Notes: generated by a model from the sequence alone, not told the origin. Shown: positions 1 to 8,488, numbered from the stretch's first letter. The stretch is DNA of 32,000 nt from Candidatus Nanoarchaeia archaeon (GCA_028714375.1 JAQTMK010000001.1:116729-148728), one strand, 5' to 3'. Program-made: numbers and translations.

Positions 1-2401
1 GAACAGTATCACCTGTACTAGAATGTACCATAATATCTTTGGTATCTCCCCATCCATTTGCAGAAGTCCATACTTCTACATCTGCTCCAGTACTCCCAGA
101 TGCAGCGATATAAACTACCCCATTAGTATCTACAGCAATATCACATGTATCTGTATCATCTGAAGTAGCAAGGTTTACATCAACAACGCTCCATGCACCA
201 GTAGCAGCACTTCTATTTGCATAAAACAAGAAGTTTTCTGAAGTTGAGGAGTTCCATTGTTGAGTTGTGGTACAAATATGGACATTATCATTTAAATCCA
301 TTACAGCTGCCTGACCAACACTAAGTCTAGCAGTGCTGTTAAAGTCTAAGACCGGAATTACTGCAGCGGTTTTCCATGTTACTCCATAATTAGGTGATTC
401 ACTCCAGTATATATTATAAGCAGATGTCTCATCCCATATTGCAATCAACCCATCTGTTGAATTAATCAATAATGAATAATAACCTGAAGTTCCTGCGAGT
501 ATTTCTTTAGATGTCCAGGTTAACCCATTATCTGTTGAGTTTGTATATTGTATGTCAGATCCTGAATCCCTCCATAAACCATGTAGTGTTCCAAGAGAAT
601 CTTTGACCAACATTTTGTTATAAGATCTTCCAGAAGCTGCAACATTCCAGTCTCCAACCTTTACATCGGTTCCGCCCCCAACAAAGATATTAAATTTGCT
701 TGTCTTTAAATTATCAATATAAAGATTATATTTTTTTGGTAAATCATACTTAGTGTTGTCTTCTTCAATTAGATAACCAACACCATCATAATCACTGCAC
801 CAATCATCTTTCATTTTATTTTTATTAACTTCTTTGGTTTCAAATGCATTAATTCTATCTTTTTCTTTGGCTTCTTTGTATTCTATACTATCAATTTCAT
901 TTCCACATATTCCAATGCTCCATCTATATGATTCAGGAATGTCAAGAACTTTTGGATATACTGTGATTTTTAAGGTAGTTTCATTTATTGCCTCAACATC
1001 AGTATAGATATACTCATCTTCCTGCACTGTTTCAATATTTAGCTCAGCTGATGGAGAACTTCCTCCAATAATTCCTGGTCCTAAAACTGGTTTGTATGCT
1101 AATTCAGATTTATCTCCAAATTCAAATAATAGGTTATTGTCCATAGGAGCAATCACTTCAGTTTCACTATCACAGTAATAATCTTTAACAATTACACTGT
1201 TTTCAATAATTTCATAATTAATTACTTGTCCACTACATTTAATCTCAAGATTATTTACTGGACTGATTCTTAGGTCAGCAGTTCCAATTGTTTTAAGTTT
1301 AATTATCCAGCTATTATCTTTCGAATAAGATTCTTTTACAGTCAAGAATACTATCTCAGTTTCAAATGTTTCATTGGATGAAGCCAACCATTCAATCCTG
1401 TCAATTAATCCATCAGAATCAGTATCTATATAATTTGTATCATCAAGCAAGATATTATCCTTAGTTTGAACCAATATATTTTTACCTTCATGAGTAACCC
1501 CAGGTACATTCGAAGACATTTTTATTGTGTCATAAGGTATTTTGGATTCTATTTTGATTTCTTTGTTGTATTTGTTGATTTCTGTTTCAACACTTCTTGG
1601 TCCAGATACATAATACTCGATCTCTAAATCTTTTACAGAGTCCTCAATAATTAAGTTCTTTTCCTGAACCTCTCCAGAGAATGTATTCACCAATCCTTCC
1701 TCAGTTTTTAATTTATCTTCTTTAACTGATTCTTTGTTTTCTTCTAAAATCTTGTTTACTTTAATATTTTCTGCATCAGATGGTAGCACTACAGTTAGGT
1801 TTTCAGTAAACTCATTTAATGTAATCTTTTTAATCCATTTCACCGGTTTGTTTATCTCAACTATTCCATCCACAAACTCTTCACTGGATATAATGTCTGC
1901 AATTGGTTCCTGAACCAGCGTCTCAGTTTCATTAATTATTTCAGCAGGAATTTCTTCAATAATCTCCTGAGTCTCATTTACTATCTCAGAAGTCATATCA
2001 CTGAGGTTTGTTTCTTCTGCTGTAAAGAACCCAGTTATATTTGATTCAAAGAACAACCCAGCACCAAGAACCATAGCAATCATAGCAATTGTAATAATTA
2101 AACCATTATTTTTAGTAGATAATTTTTCTGCACCTATTCTTTCTTCACAATGTTTTAGTTTCTTGCTGTAATCTTCAATTAAGTTATCATAATAATTAAT
2201 CCAGATTGTTGGGCTCTTTCCCTGAAGTTTTTTATTTAGTAAGTTATAATACTGTGAAGGACTGATTAAGTTATTGTCATGATCTTTCTTTGTTTTATAT
2301 ACATATTTCAATATTTTTTCTTTGTAGTTCTTGCAGCTCTGTATATCTCTAATTAGCTTAATCCTCTCCTCTCTCAGTTTCTTTATACTCTTACTTGACA
2401 T
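1..2401 (-). CDS. Large membrane-anchored surface protein with C-terminal BNR/Asp-box (sialidase-like) repeats; 3' end lies beyond the window
   Basis: Absent from the ORF track because no stop lies inside the window. ATG at 2401-2399 overlaps the upstream gene's end by 11 nt. It opens a frame I read without a stop down to nt 2 (about 800 codons), and the frame arithmetic is consistent at both ends. N-terminus is MSSKSIKKLREERIKL. One TM helix (GLIITIAMIAMVLGAGLFF) lies at about aa 100-118. Asp-box motifs are STDNGLTW (nt 515-538) and SPNYGVTW. Confidence 0.75.
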   Translation of the reverse strand, partial: MSSKSIKKLREERIKLIRDIQSCKNYKEKILKYVYKTKKDHDNNLISPSQYYNLLNKKLQGKSPTIWINYYDNLIEDYSKKLKHCEERIGAEKLSTKNNGLIITIAMIAMVLGAGLFFESNITGFFTAEETNLSDMTSEIVNETQEIIEEIPAEIINETETLVQEPIADIISSEEFVDGIVEINKPVKWIKKITLNEFTENLTVVLPSDAENIKVNKILEENKESVKEDKLKTEEGLVNTFSGEVQEKNLIIEDSVKDLEIEYYVSGPRSVETEINKYNKEIKIESKIPYDTIKMSSNVPGVTHEGKNILVQTKDNILLDDTNYIDTDSDGLIDRIEWLASSNETFETEIVFLTVKESYSKDNSWIIKLKTIGTADLRISPVNNLEIKCSGQVINYEIIENSVIVKDYYCDSETEVIAPMDNNLLFEFGDKSELAYKPVLGPGIIGGSSPSAELNIETVQEDEYIYTDVEAINETTLKITVYPKVLDIPESYRWSIGICGNEIDSIEYKEAKEKDRINAFETKEVNKNKMKDDWCSDYDGVGYLIEEDNTKYDLPKKYNLYIDNLKTSKFNIFVGGGTDVKVGDWNVAASGRSYNKMLVKDSLGTLHGLWRDSGSDIQYTNSTDNGLTWTSKEILAGTSGYYSLLINSTDGLIAIWDETSAYNIYWSESPNYGVTWKTAAVIPVLDFNSTARLSVGQAAVMDLNDNVHICTTTQQWNSSTSENFLFYANRSAATGAWSVVDVNLATSDDTDTCDIAVDTNGVVYIAASGSTGADVEVWTSANGWGDTKDIMVHSSTGDTV

Positions 2402-2990
2402 TTTTCTTTCTAGCTCTATCATATACAGTCCAGATTGTACGATCATCTCTTTTTAGCAAAACAGCAATCTCTTTGAAACTAAACCTAGATTTTTCCTTAA
2501 GATAAACAACAATAGATTCTAACGCAGATAATTTTGAATTTGTAAATATTGAAATTGGAATATTTATTTTAGATTCTTTTATAATAAACAAGGAAGAATG
2601 TTTTTTCTTTGAAGAATTATAGATGTGCCATACATTTCTCTCATCTCTGTTAATTAATTCAGAAATCTTATGGAAATTAAATTCCTTATTTTCTTTAAGG
2701 TATTTTACAACAGTTTCTAAGACCGTTAGTTTTTTATTAAATATTTCAACAGGCAAGAATAAATCTTCTTTAATCAGGATGAGTAGATTATTTATGTCTA
2801 AACCATGTTTTGTTTTTATTGGGGCAATAGTCTCTTTTAATTTTTCAAAATAAATTAAATCCTCAAAAGTTAAATTTTCTTTCTTTGAATTTACTAAATT
2901 TGAAAATTCCCTGATAATTTCTTTCTCTTTCTCAGAAAGTTTAGAATAGATAGAATTACCTTTTTTTGTATTTTTTCTAGATTCTCTCAA
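2391..2990 (-). CDS. Tandem helix-turn-helix DNA-binding protein (two sigma-70 region-4/LuxR-like HTH modules)
   Basis: 199-aa ORF with a clear internal duplication: LPVEIFNKKLTVLETVVKYLKENKEFNFHKISELINRDERNVWHIYNSSKKK versus IPISIFTNSKLSALESIVVYLKEKSRFSFKEIAVLLKRDDRTIWTVYDRARKK. The start is TTG at 2990. An in-frame TAG lies two codons upstream and there is no in-frame ATG anywhere in the ORF. Confidence 0.7.
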   Translation of the reverse strand: MRESRKNTKKGNSIYSKLSEKEKEIIREFSNLVNSKKENLTFEDLIYFEKLKETIAPIKTKHGLDINNLLILIKEDLFLPVEIFNKKLTVLETVVKYLKENKEFNFHKISELINRDERNVWHIYNSSKKKHSSLFIIKESKINIPISIFTNSKLSALESIVVYLKEKSRFSFKEIAVLLKRDDRTIWTVYDRARKKNVK

Positions 2991-2994
2991 TTGC

Positions 2995-3066
2995 TAATAC
3001 ATTAATTGTAAGTATAGTATTTAAATATTACGTTTTTTATAAGAATTAATACATTAATTGTAAGTA
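2995..3066. promoter_or_regulatory. Two perfect 20-nt direct repeats (TAATACATTAATTGTAAGTA) bracketing a TATA-like box; candidate operator pair and promoter of the HTH gene
   Basis: Copy 1 is at 2995-3014, 5 nt upstream of the TTG start at 2990. Copy 2 is at 3047-3066. The TATA-like sequence TATTTAAATATT at 3018-3029 lies between them, about 27-30 nt upstream of the start codon on the minus strand. Confidence 0.5.
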
Positions 3067-3110
3067 GAACTTATTCCTAGTACAATTTAATCAAATAGAT
3101 TAAGATAAAT

Positions 3111-3416
3111 TCAATTTTTTTTAGTCTTAATTAAGCTACTCTGAATCATCCAGATTGAAGCAATCCATAAAATGGTCGTACCTAAAATCATTGATGGAAT
3201 AAACCAATCTCTGAATGGGGTTTTAGCTATAATCTCTAAGTGCCATAAGATATCTAAAAATTGTAATATTGCAAAAATTAATGTCCCTAGTAAAAAGAAT
3301 ATCGAACCTTTATGTAATAAACCTTTTGTTAGTAATATGCCCCTGTAAGCAAAAAATATTAATACTAAACTAGCCGCCAAAACAAAAATATGTATTATTC
3401 CTGCCCATAATTCCAT
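3111..3416 (-). CDS. Small integral membrane protein (about 3 TM helices)
   Basis: 101-aa ORF, strongly hydrophobic. An AAGGAGGTGA ribosome-binding site lies 6 nt upstream of the ATG, inside the end of the upstream gene. Confidence 0.7.
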   Translation of the reverse strand: MELWAGIIHIFVLAASLVLIFFAYRGILLTKGLLHKGSIFFLLGTLIFAILQFLDILWHLEIIAKTPFRDWFIPSMILGTTILWIASIWMIQSSLIKTKKN

Positions 3417-3422
3417 CTTTTT

Positions 3423-4937
3423 TCACCTCCTTAATTTTTTCATCCTTCTTATATCAGCTCTTTTAGCCATTTTTGATATCTGTTTGAATTTTTTATGTTC
3501 GTAACATATAAACACAATGAACAATATAATTATTGCCAATATTATAATTAAATAAATCAACGATTCACCAAATAATCCCAAAGGAGAATTTTGCAAGTTT
3601 TCATTCAATTCATGATCATAATAATTAAATGGATATCCTGCCTCAGCAACATCTTTTCCATATTTTAATTTAACATAAACTACATAGTTTCCTTCTCCAA
3701 AATTTTCTGGCAAAGTGATTGTCTTAATGAATGTAAGTGTCTCATCAATAGCTTTTGTTTCAACAAATTTCCATTTGGATGTTCCATTATAATCAATTAT
3801 TTCATATTCAATCAAAACATCAACAATTTTGTTATTGCCCCCAAGATCTAAGGCTGTGACTTCAAGTACCAAATTGTCTCCCTTATATAACTCAGTATAT
3901 TTTTGAGGTATTAAAATTCTGATGTCAAATAAATTTCCTGGTTTATGTAAATCTTCATAAATTTTTTCTAGAGTTCCTTCTGACATATTTATTTCTTTTG
4001 TAAATAGTCCTCTGCTAGAACCACCCCCTCCGCCGCCTCCAGGACTCCCAGTCGAAGGAGTTGATGGAGTTTCAACCGGAGTCTCTTCAACAGTATACTC
4101 TGAAAAGGAAGTTACGTTAAAAACCAAAGTTCCATTTGAATATTCTTCAATTACACAATCTGAACAAACCACCCCATCTTTTAAAATTCTTGGATTGGTG
4201 AAATTTAAATCTTCTAACTGCAAGGTAGCAGGCTTATTTAATTGAGGCATCTCAGTTGTGTTTATGAAGATTTTATTATAGGTTATTTGGGTATTTGAAT
4301 CAAAATCAAAAACTCTTACTGGTTGATCTTCAAACCATTTACCATCATCACTAAGATTAATTGTTTCTTTGAATTTAACTTTTCCATATCCCGGTTTTTC
4401 CAAACATAAATCACTTATATTCTCCTGCTCGATAGTGGTTAGATTCTCAAAAACTGTAGTGTTTCCAGTATAGGTTGTTGTGTTAACAATATACCCGATA
4501 GAAGTATTAACGTTAAAAGAAACTGTTTCTGAATCGTTTACAAACCCTAAAGAATCCTGAACATAAACTCTAATTATATGATCTCCTTGTCCTGAAACAT
4601 AAATAGTTATGTTATTGTAATAGGGAATAGAATAATTTGTAGTAATATTATCAAGATTATACCATCTCATTGAAACAAAAGACATTTCATCATAAGCAGT
4701 TATGTTAAGAAGAATATCCCCAAATCTATTATATGTAGTATTCTGGGGATAATGGATTATCACATTTGGAGGAGTTGAATCAATATTTATTTTCATGGTT
4801 AAGGAATCTGCAGTAGCCTGAGCATCAAAAATACTCTCACCTATAAAACTAATTATTTTTGGGCCAATTATAAGTATGCCCAATAAAGAGAATAAAACAA
4901 TTACAAATAGAAATCTTTCCCTCTTTTTAATCTTCAT
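3423..4937 (-). CDS. Cell-surface glycoprotein-like protein with N-terminal signal/anchor and C-terminal TM anchor
   Basis: 504 aa. N-terminal hydrophobic segment is FLFVIVLFSLLGILIIG. It has many N-x-S/T sequons, Ig-like beta-rich regions and a PSTPSTGSPGGGGGGGSS linker. The C-terminal TM (LIYLIIILAIIILFIVFICY) is followed by a basic tail. The start lies 2 nt after the upstream stop. Confidence 0.75.
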   Translation of the reverse strand: MKIKKRERFLFVIVLFSLLGILIIGPKIISFIGESIFDAQATADSLTMKINIDSTPPNVIIHYPQNTTYNRFGDILLNITAYDEMSFVSMRWYNLDNITTNYSIPYYNNITIYVSGQGDHIIRVYVQDSLGFVNDSETVSFNVNTSIGYIVNTTTYTGNTTVFENLTTIEQENISDLCLEKPGYGKVKFKETINLSDDGKWFEDQPVRVFDFDSNTQITYNKIFINTTEMPQLNKPATLQLEDLNFTNPRILKDGVVCSDCVIEEYSNGTLVFNVTSFSEYTVEETPVETPSTPSTGSPGGGGGGGSSRGLFTKEINMSEGTLEKIYEDLHKPGNLFDIRILIPQKYTELYKGDNLVLEVTALDLGGNNKIVDVLIEYEIIDYNGTSKWKFVETKAIDETLTFIKTITLPENFGEGNYVVYVKLKYGKDVAEAGYPFNYYDHELNENLQNSPLGLFGESLIYLIIILAIIILFIVFICYEHKKFKQISKMAKRADIRRMKKLRR

Positions 4938-4939
4938 AT

Positions 4940-5506
4940 CTATTTTTTAGAATTCTTACCTTTTTTAACCTTTCCAAAATAGATTATTAAGATAACCAAA
5001 ATAATAAGTACAATTACTATGATTGGAATCAAACTGATTGAAGGTGTTTGTATCTCTGGAGTCTCTTCTGAAATAACTTCCTCAGGTGATTTTATTAGTA
5101 TTGGTATTTTTGTCCCTACAGAACCGCTCATCTGAACCATCTGTCCAGAATCACTTACCACCTCTGTGAATGTTAATTCTAATTCTTTAGTATCACCAAT
5201 TTTAACTCCCTCAGGTATTTTTATTTTAATATTAACTGGAAAATCTTTTATTCCAAAAGGAATAGTGTATTTATTTCCAGCATCAAGGATAGATGCAAAT
5301 TCTTTTCCTTCTGTAATTTCTGCAGATAAGGTCATATCTTTATCCCCCACCATATTCTGTAAGGTTAATTGTATTTCTTTTTCCTGTCCTGGATACATAA
5401 TTAAAGGATTTGTTTCCCAATATGGAGAATTAACGCCAAAACCATAAACTAAAGGAAATACCAAAAACAAACTTAATAATAATACCCACCTCTTTTTGTT
5501 TAACAT
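4940..5506 (-). CDS. Secreted, C-terminally membrane-anchored protein
   Basis: 188 aa. Signal peptide is WVLLLSLFLVFPLVYG. C-terminal TM (LIPIIVIVLIILVILIIYF) is followed by KKGKNSKK. GAGGTG lies 4 nt upstream of the ATG. Confidence 0.75.
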   Translation of the reverse strand: MLNKKRWVLLLSLFLVFPLVYGFGVNSPYWETNPLIMYPGQEKEIQLTLQNMVGDKDMTLSAEITEGKEFASILDAGNKYTIPFGIKDFPVNIKIKIPEGVKIGDTKELELTFTEVVSDSGQMVQMSGSVGTKIPILIKSPEEVISEETPEIQTPSISLIPIIVIVLIILVILIIYFGKVKKGKNSKK

Positions 5507-5516
5507 TTTACACCTC

Positions 5517-6431
5517 TTAACTTACCCCAACAGTCCATGCACCCGTATTGGTTGTGGAATATGCCTGTGAACTAATCCCACCTGTTACTGATTCTACACA
5601 GAAATATAAATCTTCAGATCCAGATCCAGCAGTATTATTTCCAGCAGTGATAGTTGATCCACTCACTGCTGTTGCAGTTCCGTTAACCATTGGAGTTCCT
5701 TCACATGCATCTGCAGTATTAACACTAAATGTGTCAACCAATAAATAATCTGAAGGAGTTGTCTCTCCACCTAAATTAATAGCAGTTACTTTTACGTTAC
5801 CAGCAGTTATATCTTTGTTTGCAGTATTGTTTACTTTGATTGGGTTTGAACTTGATTTTTGATCAGTAGATGTAAGAGACAATGATGTCCATGCCAATGA
5901 GTTTGGTGCCATAACCATTGCAGTAGTTTCACTCAATGAAAATTGAGTTGTATCATTTGCTCCTTTTGCACCATTTATATCTGAAATATTTGCATGAACT
6001 GTATAAGTCCCTGATCCATCCCAATACCACAATTCAACTGTACATGAATAATTTGCAGTAGTTGTATCTAAATCTGAAAGCCAGTTGCAGCTTAAATTTG
6101 TTCTTAATTCTTCCGCAGGGTTATAGAAACTTGCTTCAGCACTTGCATCATTTAAATTACCTACTCCATCTGTGTCAGAAGCAGTAAATGTGAATGCAAC
6201 TGCAGTTAATCCAGATTCAGTAACAGACTGTGATGGAATTGTAACAACAGACCCAACTGTAGGAGCAGCGTTACCAACTGTGATATTTAAGGAAGTTGTT
6301 GCACTCGTTGCTCTACCAGTAATTAAATTAGGAAGATCTCTTATAAAATCTAAAACTCCAGCAGAAACAAAACTAACTGTTAACAAGAATATAATTGAAA
6401 AAATTAAAACGTTTTTGCCTCTTTTATCCAT
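5517..6431 (-). CDS. Secreted Thr/Ser/Ala/Gly-rich Ig-like surface protein
   Basis: 304 aa. N-terminal signal-like segment is VLIFSIIFLLTVSFVSAG. The composition is beta-rich and low in charge, with a GNAAPTVGSV cadherin/Ig-like module start. It is the first gene of the 6431-to-3111 minus-strand operon. Confidence 0.7.
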   Translation of the reverse strand: MDKRGKNVLIFSIIFLLTVSFVSAGVLDFIRDLPNLITGRATSATTSLNITVGNAAPTVGSVVTIPSQSVTESGLTAVAFTFTASDTDGVGNLNDASAEASFYNPAEELRTNLSCNWLSDLDTTTANYSCTVELWYWDGSGTYTVHANISDINGAKGANDTTQFSLSETTAMVMAPNSLAWTSLSLTSTDQKSSSNPIKVNNTANKDITAGNVKVTAINLGGETTPSDYLLVDTFSVNTADACEGTPMVNGTATAVSGSTITAGNNTAGSGSEDLYFCVESVTGGISSQAYSTTNTGAWTVGVS

Positions 6432-6481
6432 AAGTCATAAAAGAAATTTAACTAATTTATAAACATTATGGTTTTATATTA

Positions 6482-7078
6482 TTAAATTAATAGTATTGCC
6501 TTAACACCAACAGCAATAAATTTAACACCCCATGCTAGGGTAATCAATCCTAAAATCGTTGACATTGTTTGTATTGTTGTATGTCCTACAAATTTGTTGA
6601 TTCTGTTTGCCTGATAAAACAAAATCCCAGTTGCAAACAAAACAGTTAAGACTGCTAATCCAGTCATGACTCGTCCATAATCATTCATTGAAACTAAAAT
6701 TGCAGTTATTGCAGCAGGTCCTGTAAGTAAGGGAGTTCCTATCAAAGCTGCAACTGCTTTTGAAGAATTTCCTTCAACAGATTCTAAATTAGTTAGGGAT
6801 TTTCCTAGGGCCATTCTTATACCTAATAACAATAGGATAATTCCTCCAGCAACTCTGAACTCATCTATGTTTGTGCTGAAGATTTTAAGTAAGGTTTCTC
6901 CCAATATCAAAACAGCCAAGGATAAACCTAAAGCAATTAAGATTGCATATGTAGCAGTCTTTCGTCTCTCTTTTGGTTTCATCTTAGAAGATGCAGCAAG
7001 AAAAACTGCAAAACTTGCTAAAGGATCAAAAATTACTGCAAATAATATGATTAACTGAATTAAACTTTCTGCTTGCAT
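6482..7078 (-). CDS. MarC-family (UPF0056) integral membrane protein
   Basis: Polytopic membrane ORF with a MarC-like N-terminal motif (LFAVIFDPLASFAVFLA). The track start at 7087 is GTG. I prefer the ATG at 7078, which is preceded by GAAGTGA. Confidence 0.65.
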   Translation of the reverse strand: MQAESLIQLIILFAVIFDPLASFAVFLAASSKMKPKERRKTATYAILIALGLSLAVLILGETLLKIFSTNIDEFRVAGGIILLLLGIRMALGKSLTNLESVEGNSSKAVAALIGTPLLTGPAAITAILVSMNDYGRVMTGLAVLTVLFATGILFYQANRINKFVGHTTIQTMSTILGLITLAWGVKFIAVGVKAILLI

Positions 7079-7100
7079 TATTATCACTTCTCTTTTTGGA

Positions 7101-7173
7101 TAGCCCCACCAGGATTCGAACCTGGGTTACCGGATCCAAAATCCGATGTGATTGGCCGCTACACTATGGGGCT
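7101..7173 (-). tRNA. tRNA-Gln: tRNA-Gln (anticodon UUG)
   Basis: The reverse complement folds by hand into a 73-nt cloverleaf. Acceptor is AGCCCCA/TGGGGCT. D arm is GTGT-AGCGGCCAA-TCAC. Anticodon stem is TCGGA/TCCGG with loop TTTTGGA, placing the anticodon TTG at positions 34-36. T arm is CCAGG-TTCGAAT-CCTGG. Discriminator is A. No CCA is encoded. A1-U72 is typical of archaeal tRNA-Gln. Confidence 0.9.
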
Positions 7174-7222
7174 GTAATGTTAATAGAAAAACTAAATTGT
7201 AATTTTATAAAGGTTTCTAAGT

Positions 7223-7810
7223 CTAATTTCTAATCTTATATCTTCCTCTTGATTCAACCTTTTCAAACCTTCTTAAGAATTCTTTGCTTGGGTCATATGC
7301 ATTAAAAATTTCCTCAAAACTTTCATAAAAATTTTTATAGTGTTTTGCTCTTATTGCCTGTTTTAATAAATGTAAGTCTACAGCTTTGTCTTCTATTTTA
7401 TCAGAAAAAAAGCTTAATCCAAAATCAACAAAATAAACTTCTTTGTTTTTTAAAATCATGTTAGAGGTTGTCAGATCTCCGTGGATTATATTTGAGTCGT
7501 GCATCCTTTTAATTTGTTTTCCAATTTGATTGCATATCTCTTTTCTGTTTTTTATTTTGTCAAAAACATCTTTTAACAGATCCCCTTTGATAAACTCCAT
7601 TTCTATTTTCATATCTTTGTCATCCACAGAAATTAGTTTTGGTTTGTTTATGTTTATCTTTTCCAAAACTCTTGCCTCTCTTCTTGTTCTGAACTTTCTC
7701 AGTTTCTCATCTATCTCTTTTATCCTGTAATCTTTCTTTATCCTGTCTTTGATGATTTTGTTATTATCCCTGTAGATTATTGCCTCTGCACCCTGTTGTA
7801 TTATTTTCAT
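7223..7810 (-). CDS. bud32: Kae1-associated Ser/Thr protein kinase Bud32 (KEOPS subunit)
   Basis: 195 aa. It has a GAEAIIY N-terminal loop and the catalytic motifs HGDLTTSNMIL and DFGLS. The minimal kinase size is typical of archaeal Bud32. Confidence 0.8.
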   Translation of the reverse strand: MKIIQQGAEAIIYRDNNKIIKDRIKKDYRIKEIDEKLRKFRTRREARVLEKININKPKLISVDDKDMKIEMEFIKGDLLKDVFDKIKNRKEICNQIGKQIKRMHDSNIIHGDLTTSNMILKNKEVYFVDFGLSFFSDKIEDKAVDLHLLKQAIRAKHYKNFYESFEEIFNAYDPSKEFLRRFEKVESRGRYKIRN

Positions 7811-7871
7811 AAGATTAGTTTTTATTTAAAATATAAAAATCTTGTTAATTATACAAATATATACTCTAGGA

Positions 7872-7901
7872 AGAAAAAGAGTAGGAATTAAAAATCCCTA
7901 C
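7872..7901 (-). terminator. Hairpin plus T-tract terminator downstream of the small-gene cassette
   Basis: Minus strand reads GTAGGGA-TTTTTAA-TTCCTAC (7-bp stem with one G.U pair) followed by TCTTTTTCTT. It lies 24 nt after the stop at 7925. Confidence 0.45.
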
Positions 7902-7924
7902 CATAAAATAAATCAAGAGAAATA

Positions 7925-8122
7925 CTAAATATTAAGATCTTTCTTTCTCCATCGTGACATAGTGGATACATGGCGGATTATAGGTTCAAGTATCTGAAGA
8001 ATAACAAGAATTACCAAGAATCCCCCCGGAATATAAATAACAAAAAGTTGCCAGTGCCATATCAATGAGCTTACAATTGCAAGAACGATATAGCCTAAAA
8101 CAAAAAGCCAACCTTTCTTCAT
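7925..8122 (-). CDS. Small 2-TM membrane protein with basic C-terminus
   Basis: 65 aa (MKKGWLFVLGYIVLAIVSSLIW...GGFLVILVILQIL...RWRKKDLNI). A GGAGGAGG site lies upstream. Its ATG overlaps the stop of the preceding 49-aa ORF (ATGA). Confidence 0.6.
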   Translation of the reverse strand: MKKGWLFVLGYIVLAIVSSLIWHWQLFVIYIPGGFLVILVILQILEPIIRHVSTMSRWRKKDLNI

Positions 8123-8268
8123 ATTCCTCCTCCATCTTCTTCTGGAGTATATGGGCGGTTGTTCTCTTTCATTTTCTTTTCCAATTTATTGTAGTAGAAA
8201 TCCCCTTTGTGGAATATGAAGAGAAACAAACCCATTATAAAACTCCAATAATTAGTTAAATTTTTCAT
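8119..8268 (-). CDS. 49-aa single-TM peptide (not in the ORF track)
   Basis: Hand translation gives MKNLTNYWSFIMGLFLFIFHKGDFYYNKLEKKMKENNRPYTPEEDGGGI. AGGAGG lies 5 nt upstream of the ATG at 8268. It is translationally coupled (ATGA) to the 65-aa gene. Confidence 0.5.
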   Translation of the reverse strand: MKNLTNYWSFIMGLFLFIFHKGDFYYNKLEKKMKENNRPYTPEEDGGGI

Positions 8269-8278
8269 AAATCCTCCT

Positions 8279-8336
8279 AAAAATAAAAGAGGCCCCTACT
8301 CTTTAGGAAATGAAAAAGACCATCTTGCGGGGCCCC
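8279..8336 (-). terminator. GC-rich long hairpin followed by TTTTATTTTT; intra-cassette terminator or attenuator-like element
   Basis: Minus strand reads GGGGCCCC...(32-nt partly self-pairing loop, TCTTT/AAAGA)...GGGGCCTC, then a T-tract. The AGGAGG of the next gene follows immediately. Confidence 0.4.
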
Positions 8337-8356
8337 GATTGTAAACAAGACAGTCT

Positions 8357-8488
8357 TTAAAGAAGGAACCAAATAAAGATTGATGTGATAGTTATTAATA
8401 GGATGGTTCCTTCTAAAATAACTTTTCCCAATTTCCAGATATTTTTTACCCAGACATATGTGTTTTCCTGAACTCTCAACTTTAACAT
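8357..8488 (-). CDS. 43-aa C-terminally anchored membrane peptide
   Basis: ATG at 8488 is preceded by ACGGAGGTTAAA. Sequence is MLKLRVQENTYVWVKNIWKLGKVILEGTILLITITSIFIWFLL. It replaces the 125-aa TTG-started track ORF 8357..8734, which overlaps the next gene out of frame. Confidence 0.5.
   Translation of the reverse strand: MLKLRVQENTYVWVKNIWKLGKVILEGTILLITITSIFIWFLL

Noticed and set aside
4021-4040. The G/C-rich run CCACCCCCTCCGCCGCCTCC as a possible slipped-strand phase-variation tract
   Set aside because: It is not a homopolymer or a perfect short tandem repeat. It simply encodes the GGGGGGG hinge with mixed Gly codons.
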